The notes under the pieces were generated by a model. The model saw nothing but the letters and a program-made list of their open reading frames with translations. It was not told the origin of the DNA and ran no database searches. Positions 38,328 to 46,520 of a stretch of 64,000 nucleotides of DNA are shown here, one piece after another. Position 1 is the first letter of the stretch. Each line of letters opens with the position of its first letter. The stretch covers positions 9,996 to 73,995 of the forward strand of contig JAHJTW010000183.1 in assembly GCA_018829565.1 (NCBI GenBank), given 5' to 3'. This DNA is from a bacterium (GTDB lineage: Bacteria > Krumholzibacteriota > Krumholzibacteriia > LZORAL124-64-63). The translations under genes were made by a program, and so were the position numbers.

Positions 38328-38843
38328 TCACCCCGTGGTGCGGGGAGCGTAATCGGCGCCCCGCATCGGCAAGGCCGGCGCCCCGGCAAGGATCTCGGCC
38401 AGCTCGATGCGGCCGATGAAGAGGTCGTGGTCCCCCGCCGGAACCACCGCTTCGGTCAGGCACAGGAACCGGGCGCTGCAGCGCCGGAGCGCGGGAGATC
38501 CCTCCCCCAGCAAGTCGTGGTCCACTTCCGCCCACTTGTCCCGATCCCGGCCGGACACCAGGCCGAACAGGCGGGCGGTCTCCACCTGGTCCTGGTGCAG
38601 GAGCGAAACGGTGAACTCGGGGGCGTCCCGCAGCAGCCCGTAGGTGAACCGCTCGCGGCCGACCGCCACCATGAGCAACGGCGGGACAAGGGACACCCGG
38701 GTGACCCAGGCGGCCGTCAATCCCCCCAGGACACCGTCACGCGCCGCGCCGATCACCGCCACCGGGGCGGGGATCAGGCGCAAGGCTTCGTCGATGAATT
38801 CGGGAGCGGTCCGGATGCGGGGATTGGTCATGCTCGGGTCCAC
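38328..38843 (-). CDS. flavin reductase family protein
   Basis: VSLVPPL, F.VSLL and AGDHDLFIG motifs. Confidence 0.88.
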   Translation of the reverse strand: MDPSMTNPRIRTAPEFIDEALRLIPAPVAVIGAARDGVLGGLTAAWVTRVSLVPPLLMVAVGRERFTYGLLRDAPEFTVSLLHQDQVETARLFGLVSGRDRDKWAEVDHDLLGEGSPALRRCSARFLCLTEAVVPAGDHDLFIGRIELAEILAGAPALPMRGADYAPRTTG

Positions 38844-38919
38844 CGCCGGGTCGTTGCGTGGGGAGGGCCGTGGGGCCCGTCGGTTCCGACAACTCCATCA
38901 TAACCCGAAGACCGGGTCA

Positions 38920-39789
38920 TCAGGCAAGGGCAAATTCGGCCACCACCGGATAATGATCCGACGGCAGGGCCTGCTGGCGGTGCTCCATGTCCGTGAAATC
39001 GATCCGGGTGACCGACCGCACCATGGGCCGGGGCCGGAAGAACACGTAGTCGATCCGCCGGGGACCCATGAGCTTGCGGCCGACCTTGTCCCGCAGGCCG
39101 AGACCGCGGAAGGTCGCGCCCTCGGGGCAGTCGCCCGCGCAGGCTTCGGCCCAGGCGTCGAACATGGGTTCGAGTTCGGGGTGCGCCGCGGCCATGGCCC
39201 TGATCTCCGGCGAGCCGGCGACGGCGTTGAAGTCGCCGGTCAGGAAGATCGGGATGTCCGGACCCAGCTGGGCCACCTTGGCGCTGACGTATTCCCGGAG
39301 CTGCAGGGCGCTCCGCTTGCGGTGCCAGGGATTGGCGGCCTCGAGGTGGGTCGTCCCGAACAGGAACTTCTGCTGGGTTCCGATGAGCTCGAACTGGTTC
39401 CAGGTCACCAGCCGCGGCCGAGTGCCCAGGTTGTAGCTGGAGGCGGGGACCTCGGGCGTCGGGGACAGCCAGTGGGTGTCCCCCTCGCCGATGGGATCGA
39501 GCAGCCGCACGCGGTCCCGGCGGAAGAACGTGGCGCAGTACCAGTTCTTGTCGCTGTGCGCCATGTCCGGACCCAGATTGCCCTCGCCGAAGAAATCGTA
39601 CTCGGGCAGCAGGTCGGCCAGTTCCCGCAGCTGGCGGTAGTTGGCCTCCTGGGTGCCCACGACGTCCGGTTTCAGGGACGTGAAGATCCGGGCGATGTTC
39701 CGCTTGCGGAGTCTCCAGGGATGGCTGCGCTGTTTCTTGGTCGAGCTCAGAAGGTTGAAGGTCATCACCCTCAAATTGGCGTTCGGCAC
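38920..39789 (-). CDS. endonuclease/exonuclease/phosphatase (EEP) family protein
   Basis: MTFN, GTQE, THL, GDFN, IDY and SDHYPV motifs. Confidence 0.88.
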   Translation of the reverse strand: MPNANLRVMTFNLLSSTKKQRSHPWRLRKRNIARIFTSLKPDVVGTQEANYRQLRELADLLPEYDFFGEGNLGPDMAHSDKNWYCATFFRRDRVRLLDPIGEGDTHWLSPTPEVPASSYNLGTRPRLVTWNQFELIGTQQKFLFGTTHLEAANPWHRKRSALQLREYVSAKVAQLGPDIPIFLTGDFNAVAGSPEIRAMAAAHPELEPMFDAWAEACAGDCPEGATFRGLGLRDKVGRKLMGPRRIDYVFFRPRPMVRSVTRIDFTDMEHRQQALPSDHYPVVAEFALA

Positions 39790-40004
39790 GATCTACTTCC
39801 CCACTTCGGTATTTTCCTGCCTCGGGGCCCGGCCCCGAAGGCGAACGTTCACTTCTTGACGGATCCGCGGGCGCTTTGTTGCACCCGATCATTCCTTGCA
39901 ATTATCATACCTCTTCTAAAGTTCCCTTTATCGCGCGAATAATGCAAGAAACTGATGTAAATGACATATAATTTACTGACGGTATTGGCAAAATGGCAAA
40001 TCGG

Positions 40005-40559
40005 TCATGAAAAAAGGTCAAGTTGAGGGGGTTCCGTGGGGAGGTCCATGGCCTCGAGAACCCGCAGGACCCAGCCGTCCCGCCCCTCCCGGGGCAGGCG
40101 CAAGGGCTCCAGGCCGAACTCGTCCAGCAGGTCGTCGATGGTCCCGTCGATGCCCGTCTGGAAGTCCACGGAAGTGTCCCGCGTCCCGTCGAAGCTGGGC
40201 GGAGCGATGATCGGGACCTTCACCAGCAGGGTGTAGGTGTTCATCCAGGACCGGATGAAGGGTTCGAGGTCCGGATTCCTGCCGGTGGCGTGGACCATGT
40301 AGGCGTAGTTGTCGAGCACCGCCCGGTCGCAGACGATGGCCTGATACGCGGCGCCCAGTTCGATCTCCCGGGCGACCTGCGTGTGCAGGATCCAGTTCTG
40401 GGCATCCTCGTTGGTCTCGCGGTTGATGGGCAGGGGGCACCCGCGCGCCACCTCCTTCACGAGGTCGACGCTGATGTCCAGCCGCTTGAGGGCGGCCGCC
40501 AGTTCGTAGCAGAGGGTCGTCTTGCCGACCCCGTGGGTGCCGATGAACGCGATCTTCAT
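40005..40559 (-). CDS. NadR/AAA_28-type P-loop nucleotide kinase/ATPase with C-terminal QLDLF
   Basis: GTHGVGKTT, EVAR and CDRAVLDN..Y motifs; ends PPQLDLFS. Confidence 0.8.
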   Translation of the reverse strand: MKIAFIGTHGVGKTTLCYELAAALKRLDISVDLVKEVARGCPLPINRETNEDAQNWILHTQVAREIELGAAYQAIVCDRAVLDNYAYMVHATGRNPDLEPFIRSWMNTYTLLVKVPIIAPPSFDGTRDTSVDFQTGIDGTIDDLLDEFGLEPLRLPREGRDGWVLRVLEAMDLPTEPPQLDLFS

Positions 40560-40613
40560 GGGCGCAACTTAGCCCCCCTGCCGGGTAATGTCCAGAGACC
40601 GCGGACCGCCCGG

Positions 40614-41216
40614 CTAGAAGCGGTCGCGGATGACCAGTTCGTCCAGGGGAACCTGTCCCGAGCGTTCCCGGGCGGGCTCGATCGCCTTGCCCACGGCCAC
40701 CGCCATGACGATGTCGTGGTCGCGGGGCAGGTTGATGATGGCGGCCACCTTGGTGAAGTCGAAACCCACCATGGGACACGTGTCGTAGCCCATGGCCTTG
40801 GCGGCCAGCATCAGGGTCATCGCCGCCATGCCGCCCGAGCGCAGGTTCTCGTCCCGCCGGGCCACCTCGTGCGTGCCGTAGTAGCCGAGGATCATGGGCA
40901 CCACGGCGTCCCTGACCGCGGGCGCCGCATTCGCCCAGTAGCGGGCGGGATCCTTGGCGTAGGCTCCCTGGTCGCCGCACACGATCACCAGGGCGGAGCA
41001 GTCGGTGAACTGGGCCTGGTTCCAGCCGGCCTCCCGGATCTGCTGCTTCACCGACGGGTCGGTGACCACCACGAAGCGGTAGTTCTGGATGTTGAACGAG
41101 GTGGGCGTCAGGGCCGCCGCCTTCATCAGGCGCGTCAGTTCATCGGCGGCGAGCTCGTGCTCCGGGTCGAACTTCTTGACCGAACGCCGGGCGGCGATGG
41201 CGTCGAAGGTGTCCAT
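40614..41216 (-). CDS. nitroreductase family protein
   Basis: RRSVKKF, PTSFNIQ, WNQAQ and TCPMVGFD motifs; GAGGAGG RBS. Confidence 0.9.
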   Translation of the reverse strand: MDTFDAIAARRSVKKFDPEHELAADELTRLMKAAALTPTSFNIQNYRFVVVTDPSVKQQIREAGWNQAQFTDCSALVIVCGDQGAYAKDPARYWANAAPAVRDAVVPMILGYYGTHEVARRDENLRSGGMAAMTLMLAAKAMGYDTCPMVGFDFTKVAAIINLPRDHDIVMAVAVGKAIEPARERSGQVPLDELVIRDRF

Positions 41217-41674
41217 GGTTCCTCCTCGGATCGATGCGGGTCCCCGTGGGGGGACGCGCGGTTGGCCGTCAGCTGGAAGATGGCGAAACCGGCGGCGTAC
41301 ATGAGACCATCGAGGGCATCGGCGACCGCCCCCGGCTGGAAATGCGGCAGGACCAGCTCGAAATAAAAAGCAAAGAGGGCGACGGCCGCCAGGCCGTGGG
41401 CAGGGGGAAGGCGCCACCGGCGGTCCCGATGGGCGCCGCGCTGGAGGACCAGCAGGACCGCGAGCACGAGGGGCAGGCACAGCAGGTCGTCCAGGTACCC
41501 GCCCAGAATCGCGGGGCCACGGCCCAGGGCGATGGCCGCGTGGCCTCCCGCCAGCAGGATGCCGGCCAGACCGGCGAGAACGAGGGGACCCCGGGCACCG
41601 GACGCGGCGATCAGATCGACAGGACGGTGATCACCAGGGCCGATCCCAGCAGGAACGCGAGTGTCAGCAGCCAT
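41135..41674 (-). CDS. small hypothetical membrane protein
   Basis: About 4 hydrophobic helices, YLDDLLCLP, FELVLP and AD.LD..MY; 3' end overlaps the nitroreductase start. Confidence 0.55.
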   Translation of the reverse strand: MAADTRVPAGIGPGDHRPVDLIAASGARGPLVLAGLAGILLAGGHAAIALGRGPAILGGYLDDLLCLPLVLAVLLVLQRGAHRDRRWRLPPAHGLAAVALFAFYFELVLPHFQPGAVADALDGLMYAAGFAIFQLTANRASPHGDPHRSEEEPWTPSTPSPPGVRSRSSTRSTSSPPMN

Positions 41675-41754
41675 TCGCCCTTCTTGGACATCTTCATGAA
41701 CCCAACCTTCAACATCTGGGGGGCCGGAGCGGAGTCCGGCCCCCGGTTCCCGGA

Positions 41755-42543
41755 TCATCCTTCGCGGGCCTCGTGCAGGCCGAAGACCACGCCCTGGGGA
41801 TCCTGGATCACGGCGAACCGGCCGTGATCAGGGATCACCGTGGGAGGGACCATGCTCTGTCCCCCCAGTTCCAGGGCCTTGGCATGGACCGCATCCAGGT
41901 CCGACGCGGAGAAGTAGAGCAGCCAGTGGGGGGGGATCGGCCCCATCTCGGGCTGGATGGCCATCATTCCCCCCACCCACCGCTCCGGACCGGCGGTGAA
42001 GAAGTGGTAGGGTGGGAAACCCTCGATGGCCATGTCACCGGTTTCCCATCCGAACACCCCGCCGTAGAAGGCAGAAGCCCGGTCGGTGTCGGTGGTCATC
42101 AGTTCGTGCCAGCACATGGCCCCCGGTTCGTCCCGCACGTCCACGCCGACGTTCCGTCGCGGCTGCCAGATGCAGAAGGCCGCCCCGAGAGGGTCGATGC
42201 AGACGGACATGCGGCCCAGGTCCATGACGTCCATGGGACCCATGGCGACCGTTCCGCCGAGGGTGGTCACCCTGGCGGTCGCGGCATCGCAGTCGGCCAC
42301 CGAGACGTAGCTGGCCCAGTGGGGCGGCACGCCCTGGGCGATCTGTTCGGGAACCAGCTTGTAGAGAGCGGCGGTGATTTTCCCCCCGAGCTTGAACTGC
42401 GTGTAGGAGCCGTGAGGGGTTTCCTCCTCGGCGAAGTCCCAGCCGAAAAGGCGGCTGTAGAACCGCTGGGAAACCTGGGGATCGGGAGAGGCCAGTTCGC
42501 AGTAGCAGAACGTCCCCGGGGCGTGTTCCTTGAAATCGGGCAT
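41755..42543 (-). CDS. VOC/glyoxalase two-domain protein
   Basis: FY..LFGW/FYGGVFGW duplicated, W.SY.SV.D and DP.G motifs. Confidence 0.88.
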   Translation of the reverse strand: MPDFKEHAPGTFCYCELASPDPQVSQRFYSRLFGWDFAEEETPHGSYTQFKLGGKITAALYKLVPEQIAQGVPPHWASYVSVADCDAATARVTTLGGTVAMGPMDVMDLGRMSVCIDPLGAAFCIWQPRRNVGVDVRDEPGAMCWHELMTTDTDRASAFYGGVFGWETGDMAIEGFPPYHFFTAGPERWVGGMMAIQPEMGPIPPHWLLYFSASDLDAVHAKALELGGQSMVPPTVIPDHGRFAVIQDPQGVVFGLHEAREG

Positions 42544-42586
42544 GAGGCGCCTCCTGGTGCGGGTGGAATCGGGGGTCCCGGGATAT

Positions 42587-45391
42587 CTAATCAAAATCCT
42601 GGGAGATCGCCGCGACCTGGTCGAAGATCCCCGCCGGAATCCCTGCACCGGCCAGTCCGGAGCGATACCTCTCCGCGAGTGCCCTGGCTCCGGCGACGTC
42701 ACCCGCTCCCAGCTTCCACCACACGATCTCGGTCCAGAGCTGCCAGGTCATCCGGGCCGGACGATCAGGCAAAGCTCCGGTCACCGGGTCGTCGAAGAAG
42801 GCGGCCGCCCTGGCGAACTGCCCCGCCGCCTCGGCGTACCTGCCGGACAGGGCCAGGAGCTGGCCCGCCGCGGCCCGGTGCAGGGGTTCGGCTCCCCTGT
42901 CGTCCAGCAGGTCCACCAGGCCGGGTCCCGATCCTCCCCCTCCCCCCGCGAGGGCGGCCAGGGCCGCCCCCAGCGAACGTCCGGTTCCCGGTTCGATCTC
43001 CGAAAGGCGCGCCCTCACCCGGTTCTCCAGCTGCCGGATGATGCCCGTCTGGGCCTCCGGATCGGATGCCCGGCCGGACCAGAGATCCAGCTTGGCCTGG
43101 ACCAGGCGGCGGTGGAGGTCCATCAGCGGGGGCCGTTCCCCTCCCCTCCGTCCCTGCCGCCATTTCAGTTCCACGTTCTCCAGCATGCGATCCTGGGCCT
43201 GCTGGACGGCCGCCACCTGGTCGAGGAATTCCCGCAGGCGGCGGCGGTCGCCGGCCAGATCGGTCAACTCGCCCCCGGCCACGGTGAAGTTCGCGGGATT
43301 CCACCAGGCGCTGTGCATGGTGCCGGGCAGAGCGGACGGCCAGGATCCGTCGGACCTGCGGACCGCCAGGACCCGGAAGTAGGCGTTGTCGAAGACCGGG
43401 CGGAACCGGCTCAGGGAGCCCGGGTCCAGGTGCATGCGCACCGCGAGCATGCCGGTATCGAGCCGGCCCCCGTGGCCGGCGAGGTAGGCGGATGAGCCCG
43501 TCCCGTCGTTGCCGGCGACGTAGCGGTCGGTTACCAGGAAATCGGCGTCCAGGTCGGTCGCGAAGCTCCACAGCGCTTCCTCGTCCCTGCCGAACAGCAG
43601 CTTCAGGAAGGCCTCGTAACGTCGGCGGATCTCGCGGTTCTCGAACTGGGAGTTGAGGACCACCGGCCGCTCGGCATAGAGCAGGAGCTGAGGGGAAAGT
43701 CCCACCTTGGCCAGGAAGGCCGCTGGTTCCCCGCCTCCCGGGGCCCCCGGGCCCGGCGTGGCGGAGGTGATCCACCGGAACAGTTCGGCCCGGTCGATCC
43801 AGGTGTCCTGGTCGGTGGCGCCCAGCTTCACCGGACTGCCGGCCCTCAGATCCCGGCTGACGGCGATCAGGTTGCCGAGGTTGCCCCCCAGGTTGAGGAC
43901 CGGAGTGGCCAGGAACACCGCCGCCACGAGGACCGCGGCGGGCACCGGACCGGGGCCGCGCCCGCGCACCCACAGGACCGCCCGGTCGGCCAGCAGCGCC
44001 ATCCCGATGGCGGCGAAGGGCAGGAACACCACCCCCAGCCGCTCGATCAGCAACCATACCGCCAGGAAGGCCGGGATGCAGAGCAGGAAAGCCCCGGAGG
44101 CCCGGCCGGACCGGTCCCGCAGCCCTTCCGCGAGGGCCCAGACCGTCACCACCGGCACCCACAGGACGTGCAGACCCAGCTTGGCGCGGATCTCCGCCAG
44201 GCCCGGCGAATGGAACGGCTCGGTCCAGAAGATCCTCACGTCGAAGGGCAACAACGAGGGATCGTCGGGCTTGTGGAAGCCGAAGCGCACCTTTTCCACC
44301 AGCAACCCGAAGACGTGGTTGTAATCCCCCCCGAACACCCGGTTGAGCAGGGAGAGCCCCGTCAGAACCACGGCCAGGCCCGCCAGGATCCCCAGCAAAG
44401 CCCCGGACCCCAGGTCGGGCCGCCGCCGCGCCAGCCAGGCCGCCCCGCACCAGGCGAGCACCACCGCGACCAGGGGGCTCGAGAGGAATCCCCGCTCCCA
44501 CAGGGATGGGGTCAGGCCTGACGCAACCGCGGCGATCAGGTAAGCCGCCGGAACCGCGATTCCGGGGCCGCCTCCGGCGGGACGACGGACCACGGCCGCA
44601 TAGGCCGAGGCGGCCAGGACGACCAGAAGCAGGAACTGGCTGAGATGCCAGCTCGCCAGGGTCGCCGCCAGCAAGAGGGCGGCGATCGCCAGGCGGGGCC
44701 ACCGGGGCCGCCTCCAGGCCCAGGCGTGGGCGACCAGGAAGCCCCCCAGCAGCAGCAGGGCGAAGTCCTCCTTCAGCAGGAGAGAGCCGGCCAGCCGCTG
44801 GAAACCCAGGGTGCAGGACGCGTAGAATGCGACGCCGAGGACCGCGGCCAGCCGACCGGCCCCGGCCAGACGCGCCGCCCCGAACAGGGCGAAGAACAGC
44901 AGCACGTGGACCAGCGGAACCAGCTTCAGGAGGAACTCCACGAAGGGACGCGACTGATCCCCCGCCAGGCGATAGAGCAGACCGTAGACCGGCTCCATCA
45001 GGAGGGTGTATTCCCGCCAGGCGTCCACGCCCCCCGGATGTTGCTGCCAGGTGTCGGATCGTAGCCTGAAGGGATCCTGATAATCATCGACCGCGAACAT
45101 CAGGGCGGTGCGGTAGTGGAACGCCCGTTCGCTCCAGAAGTAGCCGTAGTGGCCCAGGTGGCTGGGCGGGGTCCGTTCCTGTACCCCCTGCCCGGGAAAC
45201 GGGTCCGGGCCGGGAACAGCCACGGCGTGCAGGGGAGGGTCGCCCAGTTCGCCGAACTGGAGGTACATGGCGGTCGCCGCATCGGTGACCAGGCGCCAGG
45301 ACAGGATCGCCAGCACGACGATGGCCAGGAAGGCGATGGCCTCCCCCACCAGGGGGTTCCTGTTCGGGATGGATGAATTTCCGCGGGACAT
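42587..45391 (-). CDS. polytopic GT-C glycosyltransferase resembling DPY19 C-mannosyltransferases
   Basis: About 12-13 TM segments; FWSERAFHY, D...QHP.GVD, LLKEDFAL, WHLSQF, ELFRWI and RPVVLNSQFE motifs. Confidence 0.7.
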   Translation of the reverse strand: MSRGNSSIPNRNPLVGEAIAFLAIVVLAILSWRLVTDAATAMYLQFGELGDPPLHAVAVPGPDPFPGQGVQERTPPSHLGHYGYFWSERAFHYRTALMFAVDDYQDPFRLRSDTWQQHPGGVDAWREYTLLMEPVYGLLYRLAGDQSRPFVEFLLKLVPLVHVLLFFALFGAARLAGAGRLAAVLGVAFYASCTLGFQRLAGSLLLKEDFALLLLGGFLVAHAWAWRRPRWPRLAIAALLLAATLASWHLSQFLLLVVLAASAYAAVVRRPAGGGPGIAVPAAYLIAAVASGLTPSLWERGFLSSPLVAVVLAWCGAAWLARRRPDLGSGALLGILAGLAVVLTGLSLLNRVFGGDYNHVFGLLVEKVRFGFHKPDDPSLLPFDVRIFWTEPFHSPGLAEIRAKLGLHVLWVPVVTVWALAEGLRDRSGRASGAFLLCIPAFLAVWLLIERLGVVFLPFAAIGMALLADRAVLWVRGRGPGPVPAAVLVAAVFLATPVLNLGGNLGNLIAVSRDLRAGSPVKLGATDQDTWIDRAELFRWITSATPGPGAPGGGEPAAFLAKVGLSPQLLLYAERPVVLNSQFENREIRRRYEAFLKLLFGRDEEALWSFATDLDADFLVTDRYVAGNDGTGSSAYLAGHGGRLDTGMLAVRMHLDPGSLSRFRPVFDNAYFRVLAVRRSDGSWPSALPGTMHSAWWNPANFTVAGGELTDLAGDRRRLREFLDQVAAVQQAQDRMLENVELKWRQGRRGGERPPLMDLHRRLVQAKLDLWSGRASDPEAQTGIIRQLENRVRARLSEIEPGTGRSLGAALAALAGGGGGSGPGLVDLLDDRGAEPLHRAAAGQLLALSGRYAEAAGQFARAAAFFDDPVTGALPDRPARMTWQLWTEIVWWKLGAGDVAGARALAERYRSGLAGAGIPAGIFDQVAAISQDFD

Positions 45392-45519
45392 GTAACCTAT
45401 TCTCCGCCTGATGCGTGTCTGATCGTGATGAAATCCGAGGGGGATTGTAACAGCATCCGGACCGGGCCCAAACCCGGAATGTCCCCCCGTCTCCTGGCGC
45501 CCTGACCGAGGATGGAACC

Positions 45520-46389
45520 ATGTTCTCACCTTCCTGCCGGTTTTCCCGGATCTTCTCGATGACTCCCCTCGCCCTGGTCCTGGTCCTGGCCGGGAGCGGT
45601 CCCGCCGCGGGAGGCGGGGTCGGCTTGCCCACCCGCTCGGCGGGCGTCGGCTTCGGCAATCTCGAAGATTTTTCGGGTCTGCGGTTCAACCTGTCGGACC
45701 GGGGAGTGGAGCGCGTGGACGGGATCAACGTCACCTTCTGGAATCCCGACCAGCATAATCGCGGTCTGTATCGCGGCATCCAGTTCAACCTGGTCGGACA
45801 CAGCGGAACATTGACCCAGGGCCTCTCCCTCAACGGGGTGGGGCTGGGCAACGGGGATTTCCAGGGGCTCGCCGTGGGAGGCCTGGGCGTCGGCGGAGAC
45901 AACATGACGGGGATCGTCGTGGGAGGCCTGGGCGTCGGCGGGGATGACCTGACAGGGGTGTTCTGCGGCGGACTGGGGGTCGGCGGCGACGACGTGACCG
46001 GCATCGCCCTGGGCGGGCTGGGCGTCGGCGGCGACAAACTGACCGGCGTGTTCTGCGGCGGACTGGGTGTCGGTGGTGACGACCTGACCGGCATCGCCGT
46101 GGGCGGGCTCGGCGTCGGCGGCGACCGGTTGGAGGGCCTGTTCGCGGGCGGGGCGATCGGCGGAGACAGCGTCGATGGGATCGCACTCGCCGCCGGCTAC
46201 CTCAAAGCCGAGTCCTTCCGTGGGTTCGGCACCGGGGCCCACACCAACCTGAAGAAGGCTCAGGGGCTTTGCATCGGGATCTTCAACCGGGCGGACGTCC
46301 TCGAGGGAGTCCAGATCGGCGTGTTGAACCACGCCGGCAACAATCCCCGCGGCCTCCAGTGGCTGCCCGGGATCAACGCCCACTTCTGA
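45520..46389 (+). CDS. secreted glycine-rich repeat surface protein (LA_2272-like)
   Basis: Signal peptide, 15-aa repeats, GVQIG.LN, C-terminal LPGINAHF. Confidence 0.75.
   Translation: MFSPSCRFSRIFSMTPLALVLVLAGSGPAAGGGVGLPTRSAGVGFGNLEDFSGLRFNLSDRGVERVDGINVTFWNPDQHNRGLYRGIQFNLVGHSGTLTQGLSLNGVGLGNGDFQGLAVGGLGVGGDNMTGIVVGGLGVGGDDLTGVFCGGLGVGGDDVTGIALGGLGVGGDKLTGVFCGGLGVGGDDLTGIAVGGLGVGGDRLEGLFAGGAIGGDSVDGIALAAGYLKAESFRGFGTGAHTNLKKAQGLCIGIFNRADVLEGVQIGVLNHAGNNPRGLQWLPGINAHF
45871..46140 (+). repeat. six tandem 45-nt coding repeats
   Basis: Each unit encodes xxGGLGVGGDx(L/M/V)(T/E)G(I/V/L). Confidence 0.9.
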
Positions 46390-46520
46390 TGTGGAAACGG
46401 ACTTTTTCTGCGGGAGCCGTCCGCGGCTCCCGATAATTTCTTGACAACCCCGTTTCCTCGCGGCGAATTTCGGTGGCAGAATCCGGTCATCGGGATCGCC
46501 ACAGAGGAGATACGCCGCTC

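Noticed and set aside
39932..39960. Possible dif site (CGCGCGAATAA resembles a XerC arm)
   Set aside because: No XerD arm (TTATGTTAAAT-like) follows the 6-bp spacer.
41135..41216. 82-nt overlap of the membrane ORF with nitroreductase as programmed recoding
   Set aside because: The overlapping tail looks like non-conserved run-on and no slippery site is visible.
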